A stretch of DNA of 64,000 nucleotides, taken from positions 850 to 64,849 of the forward strand of contig JAFVSI010000019.1 of assembly GCA_017503865.1 (NCBI GenBank), written 5' to 3'. A program made the position numbers and the translations under genes. The notes under the pieces were generated by a model. The model did not search any database. It was given only the letters and a program-made list of their open reading frames with translations, and had not been told where the DNA came from. This document shows, piece by piece, positions 27,273-37,307 of this stretch. The stretch's first letter is position 1. Every line of letters starts with the position of its first letter. This DNA comes from Clostridia bacterium. GTDB lineage: Bacteria > Bacillota > Clostridia > Oscillospirales > CAG-272.

Positions 27273-29060
27273 TTACGCCTTAAGTCTTGCCTCAAGAGCA
27301 GCGAGCTCATCGTAGAGAGTAGCGGGAACTCTGTCGCCAACCTGTGCGTAGAATTCCTTGATATTCTGAACGTCCTCGAGCCAAGAAGCCTTATCAACTG
27401 TGAGGAGTTCCTTGATGGTGTCAAGAGTAACGTCCTTAAGTCCCTCAACATTGATGTCCTCAGCCTTAGGAACGTAACCGATAGCGGTCATATCAGCGTC
27501 AACCTTGCCCTCGCAACGGTCTAGAATCCACATAAGAACTCTCATATTGTCGCCAAATCCGGGCCAAATGAAGTTGCCGTCAGCATCGGTTCTGAACCAG
27601 TTAACGTGGAAGATCTTAGGAGCATTGGGAATAAGTGTACCCATCTTGAGCCAGTGTGCCCAGTAGTCGCCCATATCGTAACCAACGAAAGGTCTCATAG
27701 CCATAGGATCGCGACGAACTACGCCGACAGCACCTGCTGCTGCTGCAGTTGTCTCGGAAGCCATGATAGAACCAACGAAGGTACCGTTCTGCCAGCTTGT
27801 TGACTGGTAAACGAGGGGAGCAGTCTTTGCACGGCGTCCACCGAATACGATAGCGGAAATAGGAACACCTGCGGGATTGTTGAATTCCTTAGAAATGCAA
27901 GGACAGTTTGTAGCCATTGCAGTAAAGCGGCTGTTAGGATGAGCACCGCAAGTGGACTTATCCTTCTTATCGAACTTGGTGCAGTCCCAAGGATTGCCCT
28001 TCCAGTCGATAGCGTCGCCGGGCTGAGGAGGATTGTTGTCAAGTCCTTCCCACCAAACTGTGTTGTTCTTTGTATCGTGAACAACGTTTGTGAAGATAGT
28101 GTCTCTCTTTGTTGTGTAAAGTGCGTTGGGGTTAGACTTCTCATTAGTACCGGGAGCAACACCGAAGAATCCGTTTTCGGGGTTAACAGCCCAAAGTCTG
28201 CCGTCCTCACCAACACGGAGCCAAGCAATATCGTCACCTACGCACCAAACCTTATAGCCCTTCTTTGAGTAGAACTCGGGAGGAATAAGCATTGCAAGGT
28301 TGGTCTTTCCGCAAGCAGAGGGGAATGCAGCACAAACGTACTTTGTCTCACCGTCGGGGTACTCAACACCGAGAATGAGCATGTGCTCTGCCATCCAGCC
28401 CTCTTTTCTACCGAGGTAGGAAGCTATACGGAGAGCGAAGCACTTTTTACCGAGAAGAACGTTTCCGCCGTAACCGGAGTTAACAGACCAGATGGTGTTA
28501 TCCTCAGGGAAGTGAACGATATAACGGTTTTCCTCGTCGATGTCAGCTCTTGCGTGAAGTCCTTTGATAAAGTCACCGCTCTTGCCGAGAGCCTCGAGAA
28601 CGTTAGTTCCAACACGAGTCATAATAAGCATATTGAGAACAACGTAGATAGAGTCGGTAAGCTCGATACCGTACTTAGCGAAGGGAGAGCCCACGATACT
28701 CATCGAGTAGGGGATAACGTACATTGTTCTGCCCTTCATAGATCCCTTGTAGAGCTTAGAGAGCTTTGCGTAGCACTCAGCGGGATCCATCCAGTTGTTG
28801 ATGTTACCTGCATCTTCCTTCTTGGAAGTACAAATAAATGTTCTGCCCTCAACACGAGCAACGTCGTTTACTGCTGTTCTGTGAAGGTAGCAGTTGGGAA
28901 GAAGCTCTTCGTTGAGCTTGATCATCTCGCCTGTGGAGCAAGCCTCTGCACGGAGAGCCTCAGCCTGAGCCTCAGAGCCGTCGATCCAAACGATCTTGTC
29001 AGGCTGTGTCATAGCAGCCATCTCTTTGATCCAAGAGAGAACGTACTTGTTCTTTGTCAT
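27273..29060 (-). CDS. pckG: Phosphoenolpyruvate carboxykinase (GTP-dependent)
   Basis: DVARVE, SGYGGNVLLGKKCFALR, AFPSACGKTN, VGDDIAW, HPNSRF, HVNWFR, WPGFGDN. Confidence 0.97.
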   Translation of the reverse strand: MTKNKYVLSWIKEMAAMTQPDKIVWIDGSEAQAEALRAEACSTGEMIKLNEELLPNCYLHRTAVNDVARVEGRTFICTSKKEDAGNINNWMDPAECYAKLSKLYKGSMKGRTMYVIPYSMSIVGSPFAKYGIELTDSIYVVLNMLIMTRVGTNVLEALGKSGDFIKGLHARADIDEENRYIVHFPEDNTIWSVNSGYGGNVLLGKKCFALRIASYLGRKEGWMAEHMLILGVEYPDGETKYVCAAFPSACGKTNLAMLIPPEFYSKKGYKVWCVGDDIAWLRVGEDGRLWAVNPENGFFGVAPGTNEKSNPNALYTTKRDTIFTNVVHDTKNNTVWWEGLDNNPPQPGDAIDWKGNPWDCTKFDKKDKSTCGAHPNSRFTAMATNCPCISKEFNNPAGVPISAIVFGGRRAKTAPLVYQSTSWQNGTFVGSIMASETTAAAAGAVGVVRRDPMAMRPFVGYDMGDYWAHWLKMGTLIPNAPKIFHVNWFRTDADGNFIWPGFGDNMRVLMWILDRCEGKVDADMTAIGYVPKAEDINVEGLKDVTLDTIKELLTVDKASWLEDVQNIKEFYAQVGDRVPATLYDELAALEARLKA

Positions 29061-29297
29061 AATTTTTCTCCTTGTTTAATGTATATATTTTTTTAATTTA
29101 ATTTCATTAAATCCCTCGTAACCCAATGTACATTATACCCTATAATGTTAATATTTTCAAGCAAGGGTTTGCAAACGTTACAATTTGTTCACATATTTTG
29201 AAAAAAATAATGATATTATCAAAAGGAACAAAGGAATGCTAACGAAAGGGACTGGCAGCTCGTTTTTTCTTTTGAGATCGTCTATGCCTGTTGATCG

Positions 29298-31658
29298 ATG
29301 GAAAAAGTAATAAAATATATATTTCGCAACCTAAAATATGCGGGTAAGAACGTGTTTTCAAAGCTTCGTGAATACCTGCCGTTTTTCGTTGCTTTTTTTG
29401 TTATCCAGTCGGTCTTTTTGACTGCCTTTGTGACTACCGCCACAAACTATCAGCATAGGTACGAGGAGATAACCGAGAGGTATGACTACGATATACTTAT
29501 AAGCGACCTCGACTATAACGATTATATAGTAATAGACGAGAAGCTTTACATTATGTCCTATATGAAAAATAGGACGTTCGAGAGCTACCGAGTTTCTAAG
29601 GTGACCGATGCTATGGGCGAAAAATGGCAGATATACGTCCTTATGCGTGACGGTCATACAAACGCAGAATTCCTCAATTATTATATATACGCCAACGAAA
29701 ATCTTTACGATACCTCGGGTATAGAGATAAGCTATACACCGCTTAACGAATACAGAAACGATGCGGCAGCACACTCGAGGACGCCGTCTATCCTTTTGCT
29801 CATAGCACTGACCTTGATATCTGCACTTTCGGTGCTAACTCTTTATAACGTTCAGGTCAATCACGACCGCTTCAGGTACGGAATTTATATGACGTACGGA
29901 GCGGGCTTTAAGCGGCTTATATCGACCTCGGTGTTCGAGATGATGATAGTCGCAGTCGTGTCGCTCATTCCCTCGGGAGCTTTTGTTTACGGTATATCGA
30001 GGCTATTTTACGGAAGATACGGAATTGACGTAGTCATCGAGTCCTCGGCGGCATTCAAGGTCATTCTTGCCAGTCTTTTGGTGGCAACGGTAGGAGTATA
30101 TCTTCCTATGAAGATGCTCTCGAGAAAAACACCTATGTCGCTCATTATTGCCGAGGATAATTCAAATCTTATCTCGTCACCGAGGTCGACGAGATTTGTC
30201 ACAGGCAGCAAATTCCTCAAAATTTACGAGGCACTCGGTGTATGGCGTTTCAGAAAATACTATCTTAAGCTTTTGCTTTCTGCCGTAGCCTTTTCGGCAA
30301 TCTTCGTTTGCGGAATTTATCTTACATATATGAACGAAAATACGTCGGGGCAAAGTATAGAGCAGCTTCGCTTTGAGGCGAAAAAGGAAGAGGAGGCTAT
30401 TGCGTCGAGTGACAAATATTACGAAAGTCATATAACCGACCTTGATTTCTTTTACGGCAGCTTTGGGGAGATGGAAGGCGTCGCGTACGTTGATTACAGT
30501 GCGAACGAATATGCTGCCGAGGCAGGAGGAATTATCCTTCTTACAGATAAAATGTCAAACCGTGCTATAGGCGATATGACAAGCACGAGAAATATAATAA
30601 ATCCCTATGAGAGCACCACAGGGGCACTCAAAAAATACTATGACGAGGGCTATTCAAGAGCAACTTATATGTATAAGTACAGTGCTTACGATAAGAATAT
30701 GCTCACAAATCTTGCACAGAATTATGAGATAGAGGGCGACGTTTTCTCGGTGCTCGAGGATTCAAGCAAGGTCATAGTCAGCGAGAGCGTGATGAACTCC
30801 CGTAAATACAGCTTCGATGTTGGTGACAAAATAGTTCTTTGCCGCTTCCGCGAGGCTCTTCCCGAGACTGTTATTGAAATTCCCGATCCCTTTGACACGG
30901 TGAGCATCGTTCGGGCGTTGCTCGAAAACAACGATTATGAATTTACCGAATATACGGTGGGTGCTGTCATCAAGGATATGCCCGAGACAGAGGGCTATTT
31001 TACGGTAGGACTTTCCTACGACACGTATTCTGATGTTATAGGGCAGAGGCCCGTACCGCTTTGTGCCTCTGTATATCTTGAACCCGACGTCACCGAAAAG
31101 GAATATGAGGACGTAGCTCTTAAGGCAAAGCAGATAATAAATTATTACGGCTACGATTTCTCTCTTACCGATACTTACGGCTATCTATACAGAACACTCG
31201 AGAGGGAAGAATGCTCCTTCGAGTTTGGAGTAACGCTCTCTGCACTTGTTCTTATGCTTTCACCTCTTGTGTGGTTTTATTCGCAGTCGCTCTTCTATAA
31301 GAAGAGGTCTAAGGAGATGTACGTGCTTTCGGCATACGGAGCTACGCACAAGGTGCTTCGCAAGATACATATGGCTTCGGGATATATTTTGTCAGCTATC
31401 GCATTCGTCTTTACGGCAATACTTGGCGTAATAGCAAGCTTCCTTGTATTTAAGCTTATGAACGAGTGGTTGCCTATGATAGGCTTTGGCATTGGCACAA
31501 GCTATAGCTTCTATATCTCTCCCGTAGCACTTGCCGTTTGCCTATTGCTTTCGGCATTTTGCGGATTCCTCTCCTCATATCTGCCGTACAAAAAGATGAT
31601 GAGGGGACAATCGGGTAAGAGTAAAAAACAGCAAAAGAAAGAAAGGGAGGAGACCTGA
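29298..31658 (+). CDS. ABC transporter permease, FtsX/MacB-like (duplicated)
   Basis: Two TM clusters with YGIYMTYGA and KEMYVLSAYGAT FtsX-type motifs and large extracellular loops; adjacent to an ATPase. Confidence 0.8.
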   Translation: MEKVIKYIFRNLKYAGKNVFSKLREYLPFFVAFFVIQSVFLTAFVTTATNYQHRYEEITERYDYDILISDLDYNDYIVIDEKLYIMSYMKNRTFESYRVSKVTDAMGEKWQIYVLMRDGHTNAEFLNYYIYANENLYDTSGIEISYTPLNEYRNDAAAHSRTPSILLLIALTLISALSVLTLYNVQVNHDRFRYGIYMTYGAGFKRLISTSVFEMMIVAVVSLIPSGAFVYGISRLFYGRYGIDVVIESSAAFKVILASLLVATVGVYLPMKMLSRKTPMSLIIAEDNSNLISSPRSTRFVTGSKFLKIYEALGVWRFRKYYLKLLLSAVAFSAIFVCGIYLTYMNENTSGQSIEQLRFEAKKEEEAIASSDKYYESHITDLDFFYGSFGEMEGVAYVDYSANEYAAEAGGIILLTDKMSNRAIGDMTSTRNIINPYESTTGALKKYYDEGYSRATYMYKYSAYDKNMLTNLAQNYEIEGDVFSVLEDSSKVIVSESVMNSRKYSFDVGDKIVLCRFREALPETVIEIPDPFDTVSIVRALLENNDYEFTEYTVGAVIKDMPETEGYFTVGLSYDTYSDVIGQRPVPLCASVYLEPDVTEKEYEDVALKAKQIINYYGYDFSLTDTYGYLYRTLEREECSFEFGVTLSALVLMLSPLVWFYSQSLFYKKRSKEMYVLSAYGATHKVLRKIHMASGYILSAIAFVFTAILGVIASFLVFKLMNEWLPMIGFGIGTSYSFYISPVALAVCLLLSAFCGFLSSYLPYKKMMRGQSGKSKKQQKKEREET

Positions 31659-31661
31659 TAA

Positions 31662-32375
31662 ATGGAATTCAGACGTACTACAATACAGGTTGAAAACATA
31701 ATAAAGCAATATAAGCAGTACGACACGACGGTAACTGCGGTCAACAGAGCATCCTTTTCGGCTTTTGACGGGGAATTTGTTGCTATTATCGGTGCATCGG
31801 GCTCGGGAAAAAGTACGCTTCTTCACATTTGTGCGGGACTTGACAGACCGAACAGCGGCACGGTACGTATTCGCGGAACGGATATAACCTCGCTTTCGCC
31901 CGATGAGCTTGCAGAATACAGGGGAAATAATATGGGAATAGTTTTCCAGAATCACAATCTTATTCCGCAGTTTACAGCCCTTGAAAATATACTTGTACCA
32001 ACGATAATGATAAACAAAGATAAGAGTGCCTATGAGGAGAATTTCAAAAAGATCGTGGCGTCTCTCGGTATAGTAGACCGACTTCACCATCTTCCGAGCG
32101 AGCTTTCGGGCGGACAGCAGCAGAGAGTCGCGATAGCAAGAGCACTGATAAACATGCCCCTCGTGCTTTTTGCCGACGAGCCTACGGGAAATCTCGACAA
32201 AGAAAACGCTGACGAGGTTCTTGAGCTTCTCATAAAAACACAAAAGCTTCTCGGGCAGACGCTTATAATGGTCACGCACGATATGTCGATAGCGGCACGT
32301 GCCGACCGAGTGCTTAAAATGGACGACGGAGTCCTTACCGCTGTCAACAAGGAAAGACTTTTGAAGCAAATATAA
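31662..32375 (+). CDS. ABC transporter ATP-binding protein (LolD/MacB-like)
   Basis: GASGSGKST, LSGGQQQRVAIARA, FADEPTGNLD, VTHD. Confidence 0.95.
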   Translation: MEFRRTTIQVENIIKQYKQYDTTVTAVNRASFSAFDGEFVAIIGASGSGKSTLLHICAGLDRPNSGTVRIRGTDITSLSPDELAEYRGNNMGIVFQNHNLIPQFTALENILVPTIMINKDKSAYEENFKKIVASLGIVDRLHHLPSELSGGQQQRVAIARALINMPLVLFADEPTGNLDKENADEVLELLIKTQKLLGQTLIMVTHDMSIAARADRVLKMDDGVLTAVNKERLLKQI

Positions 32376-32380
32376 AACAA

Positions 32381-32409
32381 AAAAGCTCATCGCAAAGCGA
32401 TGAGCTTTT
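32381..32409. terminator. Bidirectional terminator
   Basis: AAAAGCTCATCGC-aaa-GCGATGAGCTTTT. Confidence 0.8.
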
Positions 32410-32430
32410 GTTATTTAAAATGTAATTTCT

Positions 32431-33678
32431 TTATGCTGCTATACCTGTTTTTGTTGTGTTTGTCTCGGTAGCAGTGCTTGTAGTTCCGCCTATGCTGATG
32501 AACTTGATGTTAGCGGGAGTTACGTTGACCTTGACGTTATATTCCTCGGTCTCGCCCTTAGTTTCATCAAAGGTGTAGGGGGTAGCTGCAACTGCATTGA
32601 ATACGTTGTTCTCAGCGGTTACGGTTACAGCAGTAGAAGAGCTTGAGCTTACGTAGATTGCCGAAGCTGTTGAAGAGGTGCACTCAAGATTGAAGGTGCA
32701 ACCGATTACCTTGATAGTACCCTCTACGTAGTTCTGGACGTAAATAGGTGCGGAAGAGGTGAGAGCATTGAAGGTGCAGTTTTCAAAGGTAGCGTTAAAC
32801 GAACCTGTTTTGTCACTCATTCCTTCAAATACGATCTGTGCGTTATCAAAGGTGCAGTTCTTGAAAACAATTTCGGTGTGTGCATCTGCGACTGAGGCAC
32901 ATACCTCTACAACAGAGCCGAGTCTGTTTGTGCTTGGACCGTAAGTTTTGCTAAGCTTGTTAAATGCAAAGTTAACGTTTTCAAAGTTAACAACGCTTCC
33001 TTCGGAAGTTGTAGGTCTTACGTCAACGTGACCGTAGGTGCTGTTTACAACGTAATCTCCGTCCTTCATATCGAGGTTGGCATCGCTTCCAAGCTCGATC
33101 GTGCCCGTTGCCTCAAAGGTGTTACCCGAAAGGTTGATGGTTGCATCGTTGTTGATATCTTCATTAAAGGTGATGTCCTCAGTCAAGATAACTTTTTCAC
33201 CCGATGCTATGGAAGAAGAAAGGTCATCTTTGCTTGTTACGGGAGTTAATGCGGTAACACTCTGTGTTGTTCCGTCTGTAAAAGTAAAGGTGAATATAAA
33301 CTCGTCTTCATCTTTTGTAAGTATAACGTTCTTTATGCCGACGCCCTGGTCACCCTTGTCGCCCTTAGCACCTGTTGCACCGGGAGCTCCATCGTAACCG
33401 TCCTCACCGTTGAGAGAAGAGAGCCACTGGTCGACTGTTCCTTCAAATCCATTTTCAACGGCAATTTCGTAAGCGGATTTTCCGTTTACTCCGTCCTTAC
33501 CGTCTTTACCGTCAACACCGTCTTTTCCATCTTTTCCGTCCTTGCCGTCAACGCCGTTAACACCGTTAACTCCGTCGACACCGTTCTGACCGTCAGCACC
33601 GTCGCTACAAGCTACAAACGTCATAGCAACCATAGCGATAACGAGAAAAAGGGAAATGATCTTAACAAAATTCTTCAT
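32431..33678 (-). CDS. Lipoprotein with collagen-like Gly-X-Y repeats and C-terminal beta-helix-like domain
   Basis: Lipobox FVAC; (GxD/GxN)n, GKSAYEIAVENGF...WLSSL, repeated FxNCTF motifs. Confidence 0.75.
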   Translation of the reverse strand: MKNFVKIISLFLVIAMVAMTFVACSDGADGQNGVDGVNGVNGVDGKDGKDGKDGVDGKDGKDGVNGKSAYEIAVENGFEGTVDQWLSSLNGEDGYDGAPGATGAKGDKGDQGVGIKNVILTKDEDEFIFTFTFTDGTTQSVTALTPVTSKDDLSSSIASGEKVILTEDITFNEDINNDATINLSGNTFEATGTIELGSDANLDMKDGDYVVNSTYGHVDVRPTTSEGSVVNFENVNFAFNKLSKTYGPSTNRLGSVVEVCASVADAHTEIVFKNCTFDNAQIVFEGMSDKTGSFNATFENCTFNALTSSAPIYVQNYVEGTIKVIGCTFNLECTSSTASAIYVSSSSSTAVTVTAENNVFNAVAATPYTFDETKGETEEYNVKVNVTPANIKFISIGGTTSTATETNTTKTGIAA

Positions 33679-33813
33679 AATTTGCCTCCTTGAGGATATA
33701 TTTTTTTTGATACATCAAAGTATTATATAGCAAAAATCAGTCTTTTTCAATATACAAAAACCGGAATTTGTAAGAAAAAAACAAAAAAACGGAGAGACTA
33801 ACGTCTCTCCATT

Positions 33814-34344
33814 TTAAAATATTTTCTTAAATCTGTGTCGTAGACGAATGATATAAAAAGAGATCATTCTTGTAAGTGCTAAGTCATACAAAACCAGCAT
33901 AATTGCTGATAAGGCAACGTATGCGACTGTCATGAAAGCACCTATAGGTGCATCAACGTCGGGCACAAAAAGCTTTGCAAGTAAAAGAAGAAGTGCGGTT
34001 GCAAAAGCAAAAATGACGACCTTTACAGTCCACGAAAGAAGCCTTGAACGCATTTTTTCAACGTATTCCTTGATAATAGGATAATATCCGAAAAACAACG
34101 CGTACATAAGTGCGGGAAGTTTTTGAGGAAGGAGAATAAGCGAGAGGGCTGACGTTACTAAAAAGACTGACCAAGGGGCACCCTTGCCGTATTCTATAAC
34201 CATCACTACCGTAAAGAGCGATGCGAGGACTGCCATACTCAAGTCAAGCACCTCGATAAATGAGCCGAGGTAAAGAAGAGTGACCGAGAGGGCAGACAGC
34301 ATTGCCGAGACGGTGAGGCGTTTTGTGTTTTTTCTCGTACTCAT
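33814..34344 (-). CDS. Multi-pass membrane protein (ECF S-component-like N-terminus)
   Basis: About 5-6 hydrophobic helices, [12 protein letters not shown] AxxxA-type helix, FFGYYPIIK; overlaps the upstream stop (ATGA). Confidence 0.65.
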   Translation of the reverse strand: MSTRKNTKRLTVSAMLSALSVTLLYLGSFIEVLDLSMAVLASLFTVVMVIEYGKGAPWSVFLVTSALSLILLPQKLPALMYALFFGYYPIIKEYVEKMRSRLLSWTVKVVIFAFATALLLLLAKLFVPDVDAPIGAFMTVAYVALSAIMLVLYDLALTRMISFYIIRLRHRFKKIF

Positions 34345-34946
34345 ATACAGTCACAAAGGCAATCGAGACACATAAGACCTGCACAAATATCGCAAAGAGT
34401 GCAATCGTTTGTGTGTGTGGTCGTATATCCACCGCCGTATCCGTAAGAGCCTGCACGCATTCGAAGATTATTCTGAGCGGCACGGTATTCGTTGTTGTAG
34501 GGATCCATAGAGCAAGCAATATCGAAATACCTCTGTGCATCGACGAAAAAGCCTCTCTTTGCCGCAACGCAGCCCTTGAGGAAATGCCACTCCGCATTTC
34601 TGTCGCCCTCTGCTATCGAGTTGAGGATGTTTTCAGCCGCAACGTCGTTTCCGTTGTTAATAAGTCTGCGGACCTCGGCATATCTCGGGTTTCCGCTTGA
34701 TGAGGTGTTGCCCGCGTACGAGCCCGAGTGGTAGGTGCCGTTACCCTGATGAGCACCCGAGCGGATCTTTTGGATCTCCTCGTATGCCGCATTGACCTCT
34801 TTCATCTTTTCGCTTGCGAGATCGGCAAGGTCACTGTCGCGGTATTTGTCGGGGTGATACTTTCTGGCAAGCTCTCTGTACGCCTTTTTGATATCTTCAT
34901 CGGATGCGTTTGGCGATACGCCAAGCACCTTGTAGGGATCTGTCAT
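34341..34946 (-). CDS. J-domain (DnaJ class C) protein with TPR-like segment and Cys-rich C-terminus
   Basis: DPYKVLGV...[12 protein letters not shown]; AEWHFLKG...[11 protein letters not shown]; tail [20 protein letters not shown]. Confidence 0.88.
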   Translation of the reverse strand: MTDPYKVLGVSPNASDEDIKKAYRELARKYHPDKYRDSDLADLASEKMKEVNAAYEEIQKIRSGAHQGNGTYHSGSYAGNTSSSGNPRYAEVRRLINNGNDVAAENILNSIAEGDRNAEWHFLKGCVAAKRGFFVDAQRYFDIACSMDPYNNEYRAAQNNLRMRAGSYGYGGGYTTTHTNDCTLCDICAGLMCLDCLCDCI

Positions 34947-34961
34947 ATTTAAATTGTCCTT

Positions 34962-35846
34962 TCAATCATTGTCGTTATAAAGATTTGTGACGATGCTTTC
35001 TATCTTCTTCGGCATTCCAAGATATATAATATTGAAAAGAATGTTCTTTACAGTATTATCCGTGCCGAAATCTATTAGATCAAGAGCCCTTTCGAGCCCC
35101 ATTAGCTCGTTTTTAAGGGCAAGCTCGACGTCAGCGGTTTGCTCACTTGATGGAATACAGCCATCATAAATTCTCAGAAAAGGATTGTACCTTCCGAGCT
35201 TTTTATCCTCTTTCATATCGTCGAGTGCGTCTGCAATATATACCCATTTTCCGAGGTGAAGCCCGATAGACAAGGCAATTTTTTTGTCCGTTCCATCAAG
35301 ACCGAATGCTAAAAATTCTGCAAGGAGCTTGCCGAAAAGCTCGGCGGGAATATCTACGCTTTTTTCTGCCGACGCGTCCTTTTCAAACTCGTAAAGCTTT
35401 CCAAGAAGTGTCTTGCAAGTCTCGTCGAGAGAGGAATAACCCGCATTTTTCAATGCTTTTTTTCGCATAGAAGCCACACTTGGAAGCAGAAAGATGCGTG
35501 TGTATAGCCTTTTGAAAAATCCCTCGTCAGAAATGTCGTCCAAAACCTTGTGATAGGAAATAATGGCTGACGAATACGCCGCGTGGCAAAGCTCGGGGTT
35601 TTTATTCATCACGTTGCGTTTTTTTACGGGATGGAGAATGCAATGTTCTGTCTTAAAGGAAGTCTTTTCGCCCGTCAGAGCTACACGCAAAAGGGTGAAT
35701 GTGACAAAATCGTAATTAAGCGTCATTCTCGAGCACTGTCCCGTACACCTGCCGAGAGACTTGCAAAGACCGCAGTACGTGCCTTTGTAATATTCGTGCT
35801 CACGAACTCGAAGCTCGGGTACATAGGTTTTTACATATCCAAACAC
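34962..35846 (-). CDS. DUF5685 family protein
   Basis: MFGYV...YCGLC...LNYDF, CILHP, KVLDDISDE, YIADALDDMKEDKK, YNPF, NIIYLG. Confidence 0.8.
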   Translation of the reverse strand: MFGYVKTYVPELRVREHEYYKGTYCGLCKSLGRCTGQCSRMTLNYDFVTFTLLRVALTGEKTSFKTEHCILHPVKKRNVMNKNPELCHAAYSSAIISYHKVLDDISDEGFFKRLYTRIFLLPSVASMRKKALKNAGYSSLDETCKTLLGKLYEFEKDASAEKSVDIPAELFGKLLAEFLAFGLDGTDKKIALSIGLHLGKWVYIADALDDMKEDKKLGRYNPFLRIYDGCIPSSEQTADVELALKNELMGLERALDLIDFGTDNTVKNILFNIIYLGMPKKIESIVTNLYNDND

Positions 35847-36035
35847 GTCACTCTCTCCTACCGTAATTATATATAATTATGATAACTTATTTTAATAAAT
35901 TTTACTTGTACTATTTGTAAACAATTTTTAAAGAATGTTGCTTTTATATATCATATATACTAAAAAGAGGAAAAAGACTTGTCTTTTATCTTTGTTTGGT
36001 TTATAATAACAAATGAATAAGGGGGGGGTGAGCGT

Positions 36036-36617
36036 ATGGACGGTGAAAATATAAGCAGAATATTTAAAAAGATGCCCGTGATCGAGTGTGAGCGTCTTAT
36101 CTTAAGACCGATGAGAGTGACCGATGCAGAGGACGTTTACGATTACGCAAAGCGTCCCGACCTCACAAGATACCTATTGTGGTCACCGCATCCGTTTTTG
36201 GCACATACCAAGGAATACCTTAAATACGTAGTTAAGCAGTACCGTGCGGGCAATTTTTACGATTGGGCGATCGAGGAAAAGGAAAGCGGAAAAATGATAG
36301 GCACCTGCGGTTTTACCGCGATAGATACCGAGCATAGAAGCGGAGAGCTTGGTTACGTCATAAATCCCGATTTTCACCGCAGAGGATATGCTCCCGAGGC
36401 TGCGAAAGCTGTTATGGATTTCGGATTTCGCGAGCTGCATCTTAACCGCATACAGTGCAGATTTATGAAGGGGAACGAAGCTTCTCTAAAAGTAGCCAAA
36501 AAGCTTGGAATGACCTTTGAGGGATATTTGCGTGACTATCTCTACGTAAAGGGAACTTACAGGACGATAGGCTTTTGCTCGATACTTCGTGATGAATACG
36601 ATTTTAACAATGAATAA
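36036..36617 (+). CDS. GNAT acetyltransferase, RimJ/RimL family
   Basis: ERLILRP, IGTCG, ELGY...RGYAPEA, NEASLKVAKKLGMTFEG. Confidence 0.9.
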   Translation: MDGENISRIFKKMPVIECERLILRPMRVTDAEDVYDYAKRPDLTRYLLWSPHPFLAHTKEYLKYVVKQYRAGNFYDWAIEEKESGKMIGTCGFTAIDTEHRSGELGYVINPDFHRRGYAPEAAKAVMDFGFRELHLNRIQCRFMKGNEASLKVAKKLGMTFEGYLRDYLYVKGTYRTIGFCSILRDEYDFNNE

Positions 36618-36691
36618 TATATAAAATTGAATATTTTATCCGTCTTTGGTAAAAATATCATTACGATATTTTGCGAAAGGCGGTTTTTATT

Positions 36692-37255
36692 ATGTCAGAT
36701 TATTTGAAAACTAGTATTGAGCCCGAGAGGCTGAAGGGAACGAAAACAGAGCAAAATCTACACACGGCACTTTCGGGTGAATCCCAGGCATATCTTCGCT
36801 ACAAATGGTTTGAAGCGAAGGCTAAAAAGGACGGCTACGTTGACGTGGCAAGTATTTTTTGCGAGACAGCTGGAAACGAGAAGGAGCACGCAGAAATTTG
36901 GTTCAATTATCTCGGTGGACTTGGTGACACCGAGCATAATCTTTCGGTAGCCGCAAACGGAGAGCATTTCGAGTGGGAGAGTATGTATGCACAGTTTGCA
37001 AAAGAAGCGAGGGAAGAGGGGTTTGAGCCTCTTGCTCTCCTTTTTGAGAGGGTTGCCTCGATTGAAAAAATGCACGAGGCGAGATACCGCTGTCAGTACA
37101 ATAAGATAAAGAACGGTGAGATGTTTAAGTCAAATTCCTCTCACACAAAATGGATATGTCTAAATTGCGGATATATAATAGAAGGAAGCGAACCTCCCGC
37201 CGTTTGCCCGACCTGTATGCACCCGAAGGGATACTTTAAGGCACAGGAGCAGTAA
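36692..37255 (+). CDS. rbr: Rubrerythrin
   Basis: LKGTKTEQNL...GESQA, NEKEHA, GEHFE, IEKMHE, WICLNCG...CPTCMHPKGYF. Confidence 0.92.
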   Translation: MSDYLKTSIEPERLKGTKTEQNLHTALSGESQAYLRYKWFEAKAKKDGYVDVASIFCETAGNEKEHAEIWFNYLGGLGDTEHNLSVAANGEHFEWESMYAQFAKEAREEGFEPLALLFERVASIEKMHEARYRCQYNKIKNGEMFKSNSSHTKWICLNCGYIIEGSEPPAVCPTCMHPKGYFKAQEQ

Positions 37256-37268
37256 AATTAAAAAGATA

Positions 37269-37307
37269 AAAAGGCTACCGCCAAGACTTTGGCAGTAGCC
37301 TTTTTTT
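37269..37307 (+). terminator. Rho-independent terminator
   Basis: AAAAGGCTACCGCCAA...TTGGCAGTAGCCTTTTTTT. Confidence 0.8.

Noticed and set aside
29161-29200. cre/Rex-like operator or riboswitch between pckG and the ABC permease
   Set aside because: TTGCAAACGTTACAA has several mismatches to cre, there is no full Rex palindrome, and I recognise no riboswitch core.
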